IMG/VR virus record: IMGVR_UViG_2808606549_000001
Coordinates: 32,001 to 96,000 of that record
DNA length: 64,000 bases
Strand: one strand, 5' to 3'
DNA from: a virus
Lineage: Duplodnaviria > Caudoviricetes
The notes under the pieces are model-generated. The model saw nothing but the letters and a program-made list of their open reading frames with translations. It did no database searches and was not told where the DNA came from. Shown one piece after another: positions 40,981 to 51,740 of the stretch; position 1 is the first letter of the stretch; the number at the start of each line of letters is the position of its first letter. Position numbers and translations under genes: made by a program.

Positions 40981-43900
40981 TATGGGGCTTTTTTATTTTC
41001 CAATCAAAGTAATCTTTCATTGTTACTCCTTGAAAATCAAATTCCTCCCACGTACAATTTTAAAGATATCCAATTTAACTGGACCTCGATGTGAAATTTC
41101 ACAGACATGCTCTGGGTCAGTCAGCTCTCTGAGACATTCATCGATATCGGATTGAACCATATAATCATATGGATTGAACACCATGTTATTTCGATTTCGT
41201 TTTCCTTGCTCCCAGTCAATAATAGTGTAAATGCAAGTATGCATCAGATTGTAGGGCTTCGTGCAAATCGTAAATTGACTATTTGTGGCCTTGACTGTGA
41301 ATGGTCGTTTGAATTCCTGAAAGTAGATTTTATCTCCTACTTGAATTTCGCTACTATTAACCTTTACCACCTCGTCTATATTGTTTTATATGGCTCTGCA
41401 TTTGGATAAGGATGAACGATTTCAAATACATAACCACATGTTTCACCGTCTCTAATGTAATAATCTAAATCAATTCCGTCATCCCATTCTGGAATATCGA
41501 CAACGAAACGGCCATCACGATACCTTACAATAGCTGGTCTACCATACCATTCATCATCACTATAAGGCCGAATTGTAACACCACTTGAAATCACTTCGCC
41601 AAATCTATCATTATACTTAGTTTCCATTCATACTCCTCTATTCCCATGAAATCCGTCTTTTATTGGCTTATAGTTGAATAATGCTCTCCTCAATTTCGAT
41701 TTCCCAATGACCGTTTTCGTTGATAAATGGATCTGATTCTGCTTGAAACTCACGATTACCATAAGAATCAGAAACATAATCTCCATCTGGTTCAAACAGT
41801 CTGAAAATGTCACCTCGTATCAATGATTGAAATTGACATTCTTTCCAGTCAGCCAGAACTAATCTTTCTACTTTCCTATTCATTTTCGCACCTCCCATGA
41901 ATCCCGTATTTTAACGTCTCTTACTTCTAATTTCTTGCACCTTTTTATAAGCAGCCGTGAATACTTCGTTGTAGCATGGAGTACATAAATCTAGGTGTTC
42001 TTTGCGTCCAGAAGTTGGATCACCTTTCATCGTCACATATCCATGGCCCTTACCCTCTGCCATCTCAACAATGTGACAAAGTGGCTCAAATGTCTGAAGA
42101 TAATTGTCTGCCTCTTCTAAACAGGCATCACAATACGTTTTTCTCAATAATATTCCTTCTCCCCATAAAAACTAAACTTTATTGGAATTAAAAGTTAATC
42201 GGTTCGTCTCCACCGTTATACCAGGAGTAACTAACCAGTCTACATTCTGATTCCTTAACTCCGAACTTCTCATTTAGTAGCCTACAACACCCTCCAATTT
42301 CCTCCATCGATAAGTTGACGTCTGAGCCGTCACTATAATCGCTCCCATGCGCAAGAATATAGTCTACTCCCCATTGCTTAGATTTGTATTCTTGAATTGC
42401 GACAAAATTTCCAGGTTTGTCTTCGTAGGAGAACCTCTCAATTTCACCGTCGTATTCATCAATCCATTTGGCCTCTCCCAAAATATCCTTGAAGAATTCG
42501 TAAACTTCATTTTTACTCTTGCCTTCAAGTCCCTCAATCTTTGCGCGAATCACTGTTTTATACTCTGTATGACTCATAGATCCTCCTAATCCCTTCTTTT
42601 GGATTCCTTATATTTAGTGATTAATTCTTCTCTAGACAAACCAAGTAAATCCAAGGAGTGTGAAAGTAAAGTCAAATCGTCATAATCTTCTTTTCTACAA
42701 TAGTTACAACTCGTTTCTTGTTCCCATCTAGACCCTTCTGGTTTGAATCCATCTGGTTCATGACGCCAACCCTCAGTTTCTGCGCAGTCATCGCAACACC
42801 AATTTTGGCCACATTCACATCTCGTATAGTCACCGCAATCAGGAAAAGTATCGCCGCAATAGTTACAAGCATAAAAATCTACACCCATATTTCAATCTCC
42901 TATTCTCATAAAATCTTACATTTATCGGAATCTTACATCCATCAATTTTTGTCTGAAGGAGATGATCGGCTTCATGAACTCTTCCATCTCCAGCACTCGT
43001 TTAACATTCTCTTTCTTTGCCTCTTCTTTCTGAATTTTTTTCAGGTCGTCAATCCTAGCGCCAATTTGGATCAGAGACGCATCGATTTCTTCTTTAGTGA
43101 ACTCAACCTTGTACATAAACCCTCCCAATGAAATTTCCATTTTATAGGTTACCTTTCACGGCTTCCCAAAGTGCGTCACACAATTCTGTTCTGCTCAATG
43201 CTCTCCCATTTGCGATGACATTGGACACTCGGAAGGAGTCATTCATTTTACGAATGTCCAGGTTCCAGTTCATATTGGTGAGCACTTCGATCATCTTCCC
43301 AATAGTCATCTTCTTATGATGATAGTTGGCCCAGTCCTTCCTATCGACCAAGCCTTCATCAAACAAAGAATAAAATTGCTCTTTTCCTATTTCTGTTGCT
43401 TGCTTGGGAAAAATGTGTTGCTTCATTTACGTTTCCTTTCTACTCGAACGATATCCATATCCACTGCTCCTCGATGTGATATCTCACACACATGTTCAGG
43501 ATCGCTCAACTCACGTAAACATTGGTCGATGTCTTCTTGTTTTGTATAATCATATGGATTAAAAATCATATTGTTTCTATTACGTTTACCTTTACGCCAA
43601 TCAATGATCGTATAGAGACAAGTCTTTTGAATATTAAAAGGTTTCGTGCAGATCGCAAATGATTCATTACATGCTTTCACAGTATATGGTCGCTTGTCAG
43701 TTCTAAAAAATACTTTGTCTCCAACTTTAAGATCCCATTCTGGGTAATACTGGCGTTCTATTGCAACATCCTTAAAATCAATTGTTATTTTATCTTTAAC
43801 AATGCTTTTCAACCACTCAAGACACATCGCATCTCTATAATCTATGTCGCTATGTGCTTCCCCATTGACGTACAAAAGGCAATCGTCGAGATGATTTTGT

Positions 43901-44649
43901 AAAACAGTAAGATTCAATATGCCACCTCACAATCCATTGAAATTCCGCTTTTATTCTCCCAGATCCATATCGAAATCTAAGCTCCAATAAAAATTTCCCC
44001 AATGGCTATCCAACTTTTCTAGGACACTATCGGATACAATGCAGTTCACAAATTCATTATTTACTTCGTCATATTCTCCAACTTTGATACCGAAACTCTC
44101 AAGAAGTTCTCTGTCCTCTTTACCAGCACAAATTGATCCAAAATGCATATTAACCACTCCTGATAAATGTTCAATTTCATTTTAATAATTCGTTTCAATA
44201 TCATCGATACAACTTACAATAGCCATAAATACTTTGCAGTCATGAATTCCGCCTTCTTCGTTTTCACGCAGCAAATATTTGTATTCTTCAAGTGCATCTT
44301 GTTCATTGTCCCAGAAACTCACACTAGGATAGAATGGACGATTAATTCCTACAACCCACATTTTCTTCCTCCCGATAAAATCCTGATTTTAAGCATCATT
44401 GTGTCCAACAATGTGGAACATAGGATTATTAAGATAATAGTTGTAATATATCTTAGACTGAATTAATGCTTCTAAATGTAAATCGTCCATTTCCTCTACG
44501 GTTGGCTTCAATTTTGTTTTTAAATGATACCATTTGTTCTTTCCATACTTTTTCTCAAGAGCATTCAACCTTTCAACCAATCCCCAGTTCTTTGGTTCCT
44601 GATAGAAATACAAGTTATCATTCTCTCCAATCTGTGTGAAACTCGAATT

Positions 44650-45156
44650 TTATTGTAAGTCTACTTTGTAGTTGTAATCGATTGAACCTTTAGGAACATA
44701 GATAGTTGTATCTCCCGATTCCCAAGAAGGGAACCAGCGCTCTAGGTTTTTATTTTTGAATCGCTTATCAGTAATCTTAATTACTGGTTGCTCCTTATCT
44801 GTCTCGATCAGATAACTCTTTTCAGCACTCACGCTTTGAATCTGCATTCCTTTATCTGACTGAACCATGTAATAGTATTTCATTTCATCATCGACAGAAC
44901 CTGAGCCTAGAAAGAAGCGTCCGCTTACTCCAACATTATCTTTCAATGCGACCATAGGTATTTCTTCTTTTATGTATTCCTCTTGATCATTGAAAGAATG
45001 AATTAACATAGCTGCAACTAACATCGGTAATAGCGCAATCAATGCTCCGATCAAACCACTAAGTACTGATATTTCTATTTCGAATTCTTCATCAAAAAAA
45101 TAATACGAGAGTGCTCCAACAATAAAACCAATCAATATTATAAGTGCGTATCCCAA
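44650..45156 (-). CDS. Two-TM membrane protein
   Basis: Two N-terminal hydrophobic helices; SG.FFLGSG.V...YYYM motif. Confidence 0.6.
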   Translation of the reverse strand: MGYALIILIGFIVGALSYYFFDEEFEIEISVLSGLIGALIALLPMLVAAMLIHSFNDQEEYIKEEIPMVALKDNVGVSGRFFLGSGSVDDEMKYYYMVQSDKGMQIQSVSAEKSYLIETDKEQPVIKITDKRFKNKNLERWFPSWESGDTTIYVPKGSIDYNYKVDLQ

Positions 45157-45637
45157 TGATTTACCCTCCCTCTATCACAGTCCTTGATTTCCAAGCTTTT
45201 TAATCTCTTGCTTCAGTACCTTATTGCGCTTCAAATTCGCTTTCATTTCGGCTTTACGAAGAGCAATTTCGTGACCAACTTCCTTGTTATACTTATCGCC
45301 TGGAAGTACCTTAGCAACACCTTTGATACCGTCAGGGAAGATAACAATTGTTGCTGGATCGCTATAAATGACTTTGTAACCATCTCTTAATTCAATCTCT
45401 GGCTGGTCATCAACAAGTGTGATTTCTGAAGCCATTACAGGAAACCAATGTTTAGTGCCTTCGCGAGTTATGTATTCAACTCTATAAGGATAATAAATAT
45501 CAGTTTCATCAAAATGAGTAACAGTTCCTTCGACATTAACTATTTGGTGCTGTTCAGCAAGTTTGCTTTTTAAAAATACTACCTTATCCCCCACATTAAA
45601 CTTTCTCATTCTGTAAATCCCCCATGAAATTGATTTT

Positions 45638-46162
45638 TTATCGACCATCAAAATAGTTTAATACTTCTGTCCAGTTCCTCATTCTCCTGTATCGCGTTTC
45701 CGTTCTATTATGTGGAGCATCAAAGAGCAATGCTTTACCAATGAATCCTTCAAAGTTTCCTGGCTTATCATCAATGAGCCAATCAGCATTTACAATACTT
45801 TTGTTTCTTGTAAACACATAATTATCTTCTTTGATGAATGGAAAGTACTTCTTAAGCCAATTCGATTTTGGTTCAACATTATTAGGATTATATGGTGCGG
45901 TCACAACAAAAATCTCATATGTATAAGATAGTTCTCTTACTGCTTCTATGCTGCCTTCAATTAACGGTAGAGACTCGAAAAATTCGGGATCATCCAAATA
46001 CTTATAAAATTGCTTACCAGCCTTTGTTATATCATGACAGTTCTGATGAGTCATTTGACATGTCTTCAGATTATCATTGAATTCATTATTGTATCGTCGT
46101 AACCATTCAGATAGGATATCTGCCAAACATTGATCTTGATCAATTGCAATCCGTTTCTTCAA
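45638..46162 (-). CDS. 5'(3')-deoxyribonucleotidase (HAD, YorS-like)
   Basis: IAIDQDQCLAD, FVVTA, K..WL, LIDD, APHN; TTG start at 46162 with GAGGTG RBS. Confidence 0.88.
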   Translation of the reverse strand: MKKRIAIDQDQCLADILSEWLRRYNNEFNDNLKTCQMTHQNCHDITKAGKQFYKYLDDPEFFESLPLIEGSIEAVRELSYTYEIFVVTAPYNPNNVEPKSNWLKKYFPFIKEDNYVFTRNKSIVNADWLIDDKPGNFEGFIGKALLFDAPHNRTETRYRRMRNWTEVLNYFDGR

Positions 46163-46784
46163 ACGACACCTCGCATAGATTATCTTTAACGATCTGATAA
46201 ATTTCATAATGAACGTCATCGATTGGCTGCTCACCATTTACGATAAATTTCATCGGAGCTGAATATTTTTCTTTCATGAGAATGTAATTAGATCGTACCT
46301 CTTCAAGCATCGCTCTGTCTGATTCATAGCGATCATTCTGTCCTTCATTGTGTTTACCCTTGCGTCCCATACTAACCTCTGGAGAGATATCAATTACAAT
46401 GTCGATATCAGGCTTCCTCATGTATCTCTGAAGCTCTACAGTCCATTCTACGGGGATCTTATTAGCATTGGCATATGCAAGTTGGCTGAGAGTATAACGG
46501 TCTAGGATAAGGAAATCATAGCCCTCATCTTCAAGTTGTTTGTACCATTTCTGTTGTGCTTGCTTATCAGCCGTCATAATTAACTCAATGGTACTTTGAT
46601 CAACATCATACTCTTTTTTAAGCCACTTCATAATGAGTTCGCCTGTCGGTTGATCATAGCGATGATGTTCACCTTTAGCGACCTTATAACCATCTACAGT
46701 CAATCGATCCAGGAGCATGTTTGCAGCAGAGTATTTGCCACTCTTATCGAGGCCCTCTATGGCGATGATTTTGATTGTCTTCAA
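46140..46784 (-). CDS. tmk: Thymidylate kinase
   Basis: IEGLDKSGK P-loop, ILDRY..S..AY, KPD. Confidence 0.88.
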   Translation of the reverse strand: MKTIKIIAIEGLDKSGKYSAANMLLDRLTVDGYKVAKGEHHRYDQPTGELIMKWLKKEYDVDQSTIELIMTADKQAQQKWYKQLEDEGYDFLILDRYTLSQLAYANANKIPVEWTVELQRYMRKPDIDIVIDISPEVSMGRKGKHNEGQNDRYESDRAMLEEVRSNYILMKEKYSAPMKFIVNGEQPIDDVHYEIYQIVKDNLCEVSFEETDCN

Positions 46785-47263
46785 TCCTCCCTATTCGGTA
46801 AGACTTTAACTTCTAATTTCTGCTTCCCAAACGCCAATGCATCATCAAGATTCTCCATATAGATATCAATGTGATTATTTCTTATTTTTGAACCACGATC
46901 CTGGCACTCATAAACGTTATTTAATTCAGGTATGTAGATTTGAGTCCCAAACTCTAATGACTTGGCGCAAGCAATAGTGTGGTTCTCTTTAACTGTAGCG
47001 CCACTAGCTGTAATACCATAACCTTTTTCACCCTTATGTTTTTGAGTGGATTCGTAACCAGCAGTATACGCGGTTACAAGGTAGGTTTCACTTTTAATAT
47101 CCGCGTACTTTTCTTCAGGTGTATCAGGCTTCTTAACTGGATTTTCAGCAGCCAACGTTATAATTGTATTTGGTTGAACGCTCTTTTGCGCTTCTTTAGT
47201 GGTTATGTCAAGATGCATGAAATTAAGTAGTAGTAACCACAAAGACAGGATTATACTTCCCAT
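46781..47263 (-). CDS. Secreted 3D-domain cell-wall protein
   Basis: Signal/TM, VTAYT, GITASG, TIA, DRG..I...HIDIY; ATG 47263 with GGAGG. Confidence 0.85.
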   Translation of the reverse strand: MGSIILSLWLLLLNFMHLDITTKEAQKSVQPNTIITLAAENPVKKPDTPEEKYADIKSETYLVTAYTAGYESTQKHKGEKGYGITASGATVKENHTIACAKSLEFGTQIYIPELNNVYECQDRGSKIRNNHIDIYMENLDDALAFGKQKLEVKVLPNRED

Positions 47264-47378
47264 CCGTACCTCCTTTGATATTACATAGGCTCCACGAGAT
47301 GCAGGTTTGAATTGCAAGTGCATGGAGCCTATGTCTTACGTATTATTTACTTCTTATGAAAGGTTCATTTTATCGTAA

Positions 47379-48353
47379 TTACTTGATAGACTGAGCCACA
47401 TCAAGATACTTCTTAAGTTTTGCTAAGTCGCTAGTGCTCTTATACTTAGCATCGCCAACTTTGGCAGTGAAGGCATCCTGAACTTCTTTTTGCTTTGCTT
47501 GAGGAAGCGCAATGATAATTTTTGTGATTTCGTCTTTAATCTTGTCAGCATCGTCAACTGCAACATTGGTAAGGTCCTTGGCTTCGTCACTAAGAATCTG
47601 GTCAAAACTCTTAATCTCTTCTTTGGTTCTAATCTTACCTTGTTGCGCCCTTTCAATGGCGACCTTCCAGTGCTTATAGTTGGGCATTTCAACAATATCG
47701 CCAATATTAAAAGTTTTGGTGCGATCTTTTTCAATCTTACCGTAGGATTTGCCATCCTTAATGAACGTTTGAACTACAACATCAAAGTCAAACTTACTGC
47801 CTTTTGGGAGATTCGGTTTGACCCCAACCTTAACACTAATTTGATTTCCTAGAGCGTCAGTGCGGCTCTCTGTTTCGTCAGATGCTTCGGCAACATATGA
47901 TAGGTTTTTACCCATCTTGACATAAGTGAGTAGTCGAGCAAAGAATCGGTCGTAGTGTAGCCCCATAACGCCATATTCTTTGAATGAAAGACCTTCTCCC
48001 TCGATTAGACGATTGCCTTTTCGCGCACGTTGTTCAACAACTTTAAGTGCTGCGTGTTTCATATTTTCATGATATCGTGTGGCCGAATCAATGTTGATTG
48101 TTTCAACTTGGTTAAATAGTTCTTCGTCGCCTTCCAACTCGTCTAAGTCATCATTCATTTCTTTAAATGAAAGCGTATTGGATTCAGTAAGAATATTTTG
48201 ATCATACTCATCGTAAAACTTCGTGCCACCATCACTATCAAACAAAGCTTGATTAGGAAATGAAAGACCCGTTGGAGTTTTACCTGTAGCAGACTCTCCG
48301 TACCATAGAAATGTTACACCTTCGCGCTTTTTCTCACGTTTTTGTAATGCCAT
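47379..48353 (-). CDS. AAA_24 / Sak4-like ATPase (recombination)
   Basis: YGESATGKT, DSDGG, IDS.T, FDVV, EKDR. Confidence 0.75.
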   Translation of the reverse strand: MALQKREKKREGVTFLWYGESATGKTPTGLSFPNQALFDSDGGTKFYDEYDQNILTESNTLSFKEMNDDLDELEGDEELFNQVETINIDSATRYHENMKHAALKVVEQRARKGNRLIEGEGLSFKEYGVMGLHYDRFFARLLTYVKMGKNLSYVAEASDETESRTDALGNQISVKVGVKPNLPKGSKFDFDVVVQTFIKDGKSYGKIEKDRTKTFNIGDIVEMPNYKHWKVAIERAQQGKIRTKEEIKSFDQILSDEAKDLTNVAVDDADKIKDEITKIIIALPQAKQKEVQDAFTAKVGDAKYKSTSDLAKLKKYLDVAQSIK

Positions 48354-48390
48354 TTAGTTATATCATTCTCCCTTTTTCATTTTAATATTA

Positions 48391-49410
48391 TTAAGCAAAT
48401 GGATCTTCAGAAGGTTGTTCTGCAAATGGGTCAGACGAAGAGCTGCTTCCTTTTGTTTGCTCAAACGGATCGGCAGATTTGAAGAAGTCATCTTCTTTAT
48501 AAACCTTTTGCTTAAACTCAGTAACGTTTGTAATTTGCAATTCCGAAATGCGGTTACGATTAAACTTCTTGCCTTGACCTTCTGGAGCCTCGCCGCCCCA
48601 ATCAAAAGCAGAAGGCTGTTCCTTGATCTCTTCCAGAACTGTGCCGTTTCGGATTTTACCTTGAACAGTTACTACATCGCCAAATTTGAATTTCTTGGCT
48701 ACGTTAGCTGCTAAAGTTTCAAACTCATTGCCATCAACAACAAACATGATGTCATTCCAGGTCTTGTTGAAGTTGATAATTCGGCCAGTAACAAACACCT
48801 TTTTATTTGCCTTATCAATATCGGTATGAATGACTACAAATTCTTGCTCAAACGAGGCAACTTCCTTGAATCCTTCTGCGCTGAAGTCAACTGGCTCCTT
48901 TAGCAAGCCAATAGAACCAATCGTGTACTTAACCGTAGACTTTTCTTCGCCATTACTCATAAATGTATTGACGTTAAAAGTACCATTAATCCAAATAGAA
49001 TCACCTTCACTTAGCGATTCCTTGATTACTTCTACGCCATCATAGTTAAAGTAGTTCTTCTGAATCGCTTTACCCTTTTCATCCTTCTCGAATGAAGTAC
49101 GAACAGCATTGAAACCAAATGGAGTGAATCCTTCAGGGAGATTGTCTTTATCGTCCCAATCAATCTCTAGTGTTTGCTTCTCACCGTTCTTGTTCGAAAA
49201 CACTTTGACTTTACCTGTGGGCACTTGACCAAACAGATCAAGATTATAAATTACGTTGTTTTCACTAGTCTTCACAGCCAGACTTGCGCTTTGATAAGGT
49301 TGGCCCTGTCCGTCCTTCGTTACACCCTTACGGAAAGTGTTCTCGTTATGTAGACCAACCACTTGACCAAATACTTTTACCGAACCTTTGTTTTGAACTA
49401 ATTCCGCCAT
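48391..49410 (-). CDS. Phage single-stranded DNA-binding protein (two OB folds, acidic tail)
   Basis: beta-rich, GD.V.V.G repeats, tail ...SEDPFA; adjacent to Sak4-like ATPase. Confidence 0.65.
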   Translation of the reverse strand: MAELVQNKGSVKVFGQVVGLHNENTFRKGVTKDGQGQPYQSASLAVKTSENNVIYNLDLFGQVPTGKVKVFSNKNGEKQTLEIDWDDKDNLPEGFTPFGFNAVRTSFEKDEKGKAIQKNYFNYDGVEVIKESLSEGDSIWINGTFNVNTFMSNGEEKSTVKYTIGSIGLLKEPVDFSAEGFKEVASFEQEFVVIHTDIDKANKKVFVTGRIINFNKTWNDIMFVVDGNEFETLAANVAKKFKFGDVVTVQGKIRNGTVLEEIKEQPSAFDWGGEAPEGQGKKFNRNRISELQITNVTEFKQKVYKEDDFFKSADPFEQTKGSSSSSDPFAEQPSEDPFA

Positions 49411-49537
49411 ATGTATTGTTCAATCTCCTTATATTATTGTTTAGTTTTATTAACTCACTAAGCAATTTATATAAGGGTGGACTGCGAACACGCTGTATAT
49501 GATCAACCTCCTTATCTCCGTCTTGCTAACTTTAAGC

Positions 49538-49567
49538 ATGGTATCAAATTCGTTAATTAAAAGTCAA
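49538..49567 (-). promoter_or_regulatory. Sigma-A-type promoter upstream of the SSB operon
   Basis: TTGACT-N18-TACCAT with TG extension. Confidence 0.55.
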
Positions 49568-50125
49568 TAGTTAGCATACTTCACTTTATAATTATTTTTG
49601 TGGGGAGGTTCTTCCTCCCCTATTTATCTATGCGTTCAATGACAACCCTTCTATGTATGTTCGAGTTGTCTTCCTGATCGCTGGATAATCCATGTTACCT
49701 TCAAAGCAGTCAATCCAAGCATTCAAGTCGTCCATTTCGCGGATATGCTCTTTCAATAAAATAAATAATTCATCGTCTTCTTGAACGCCAAAACACTCAA
49801 CTAAACCAGCGAAAAACTGAGTAATGCCGCGATCCCAATTATGCAGCAAATAGTCGTAGGTAAACTCACTCATAGATTTTTTCTCCTGGTAGTTGTTGAT
49901 TATTAGTTTTATACTCATTCATCATATAACGGACAGCGGCCATACCCCTAATCCCTTTGGCCTCAAGTTCTTTAACGAACTCTGGCTTGCCGCCCATCTT
50001 GGCATGATGATCAGATGTGAATATTTTTTTGAATATTCCGACTATAATGGACAATTATCTTACATCCCCTTATTGGACATATAAGTTTATTTTAGTCAAG
50101 ACCCATTTAAAGACTTAAGCTTAAA

Positions 50126-50232
50126 TTTACATGTTAGATAACCTGTTATATACTTTGAAAAGGATGAAGAAACGACTTCCGATAAATGAGTGATCCGCCA
50201 AGTTCAACTCATTTGTTAGAGGTTGTTTTTTT
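50126..50232 (+). ncRNA. Candidate small RNA (about 70 nt) with its promoter
   Basis: TTTACA-N17-TATACT (50126-50154), then long imperfect hairpin with CCGCCAA loop and T7 tail; no ORF. Confidence 0.55.
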
Positions 50233-50402
50233 GTATTGATAATTATACATCATCGCCTTCTCCCTTATTTTTTATATAGATAATGATTATATATTATCAA
50301 AATTTTCCTTGAACAATAAGACAGATTTTTTACTAAAAAATCGATATTTACATTATTATTCAGTTATGCAAGTTGTAAGAACATTGTCGAAGCTTGTTGA
50401 AT

Positions 50403-50876
50403 CTAGTTGTATTGCATTTTAAAGATACTTTGTTCAGAAATATCGTTTATTTTCCCTAGTTGTTTGGAGACTATATTTTTGATCGCAGATCTTGTAACGT
50501 CTACCTGCGCTCCATTATCAAAATACACTACATTTTTAAATGAATCGTATTGCTTCATCTTTGTCATGTTTGCTAACAAACCATAATTTAAACACTTAAA
50601 ATTTTCATTGTTTTCTTCAAGGAATTCAACAAGATCATACGGAAAAGATTTAAAGGAAACTTCGCTGCCGATAGTTCTGATTACAATGTTACCAGATTTC
50701 AACTGGCGAACGAAGACAATATTGTTTACAGGTTCAAAAGCAAAACCTTTTTCCTCATTTGGAATAGTAATAAACTCAGAACTTACACTTTGGTAAATGG
50801 AGTTTATAATTTGTGCTTTTTCAGAAGTAGTGAAATTTTGAAATCCTTCTTTGAAGTTCTTTATAAAGTTCTCCAT
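50403..50876 (-). CDS. Stand-alone LytTR-family regulator (no receiver domain)
   Basis: IVFV...IVIRT...L...F..L..G.LANM.K.K.YD....V.F.NG..V.V.R LytTR pattern. Confidence 0.72.
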   Translation of the reverse strand: MENFIKNFKEGFQNFTTSEKAQIINSIYQSVSSEFITIPNEEKGFAFEPVNNIVFVRQLKSGNIVIRTIGSEVSFKSFPYDLVEFLEENNENFKCLNYGLLANMTKMKQYDSFKNVVYFDNGAQVDVTRSAIKNIVSKQLGKINDISEQSIFKMQYN

Positions 50877-50959
50877 TTACGATTCCTCCATTTTAGATTA
50901 ATGTAACGCACCCAATAAATGAGTGCGCTACATACTCTATGTATTCATCGACTTATCAA

Positions 50960-51061
50960 TTACTTAGTCTTTGTGTTAAAGAAAAGCCAAACCTTATCGA
51001 TTACAGCTTCTGGTACGGATTCAACTGCCTTAACTACAACTTTAGAAATAATCTTTTTCAA
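50960..51061 (-). CDS. Unannotated AgrD-like pro-peptide MKKIISKVVVKAVESVPEAVIDKVWLFFNTKTK (33 aa)
   Basis: Translated by hand; TTG start with GGGAGGTG RBS; amphipathic leader, aromatic core, basic tail; lies in the agrB operon. Confidence 0.7.
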   Translation of the reverse strand: MKKIISKVVVKAVESVPEAVIDKVWLFFNTKTK

Positions 51062-51079
51062 AATATTCACCTCCCTTCA

Positions 51080-51739
51080 TTAATTGTATTCTATTTGATC
51101 CCTTTTATGGGACAAATACAGGAATATTATTGACGATACAATGGTTACAATTGTTGCAACTATCATTAGCGATATCGACAAGTATATGTAGAAACTTATA
51201 CAGACCAGTCCCAAAATAAGTATAATGGCGATTGTCAAGTAAAGGAAAGCTTTATAGTTTGATTTTCTACTCTTTAAGTTAAACCCAAAACCGCCATTTG
51301 TTAATTTGATATACATTCCTACTGAGATAGCGAGTACCGCGCACAATGTTTGGAATGAATATGTCTTAGTTGAGAATGACTTATTTAGGTCGTCTGGCGA
51401 TAATGCGTCCATTCCAACTCCAATAAGTGAAACTAGCCACTGAACTACAAAGTAGAAAGTAAAGCCACCAATAATCACAATGGTTGACCTTGCTAACGGC
51501 ATCTTGAAAACTTTAACGAACGTAAGAATCAAAGCTGGTACTAAAATCAAAGGCAATGGAACATAGTCGAACATTTTTGCGATTACAAGTAAGTAGGATA
51601 CGAACGTAACTCCGATGATCGATAATAGTATCTCCCACCTATATGATCTGAAATCAATGTTGAAGAAACTGAAGATGAGGACGAAGATTGCTAAATACTC
51701 AAAGCTTGAGAATAACATGTATTCCAAAAAGTTCGCCAT
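51080..51739 (-). CDS. Polytopic membrane protein resembling an AgrC-type sensor module without a kinase domain
   Basis: About 7 TM helices, no HisKA/HATPase domain, translationally adjacent to agrB. Confidence 0.6.
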   Translation of the reverse strand: MANFLEYMLFSSFEYLAIFVLIFSFFNIDFRSYRWEILLSIIGVTFVSYLLVIAKMFDYVPLPLILVPALILTFVKVFKMPLARSTIVIIGGFTFYFVVQWLVSLIGVGMDALSPDDLNKSFSTKTYSFQTLCAVLAISVGMYIKLTNGGFGFNLKSRKSNYKAFLYLTIAIILILGLVCISFYIYLSISLMIVATIVTIVSSIIFLYLSHKRDQIEYN

Positions 51740-51740
51740 C

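Larger units (their letters stand above)
38602..45641. repeat. Dense run of ATGAAA-N6-TTT(T/C)AT junction sites (38602, 40114, 40640, 41003, 41646, 41897, 42165, 42908, 43128, 43937, 44163, 44375, 44636, 45624)
   Basis: Read directly; each copy lies between small ORFs. Confidence 0.9.

Noticed and set aside
38602-45641. CRISPR array interpretation of the recurring repeat
   Set aside because: Repeats are 18 bp with a variable core and are separated by whole ORFs of roughly 200-1500 bp, not constant-length spacers; no cas operon
50090-50120. LytTR direct-repeat operator (AGTCAAG/ACTTAAG) upstream of the sRNA promoter
   Set aside because: Period is about 19 bp rather than the usual 21-22, and the match is poor
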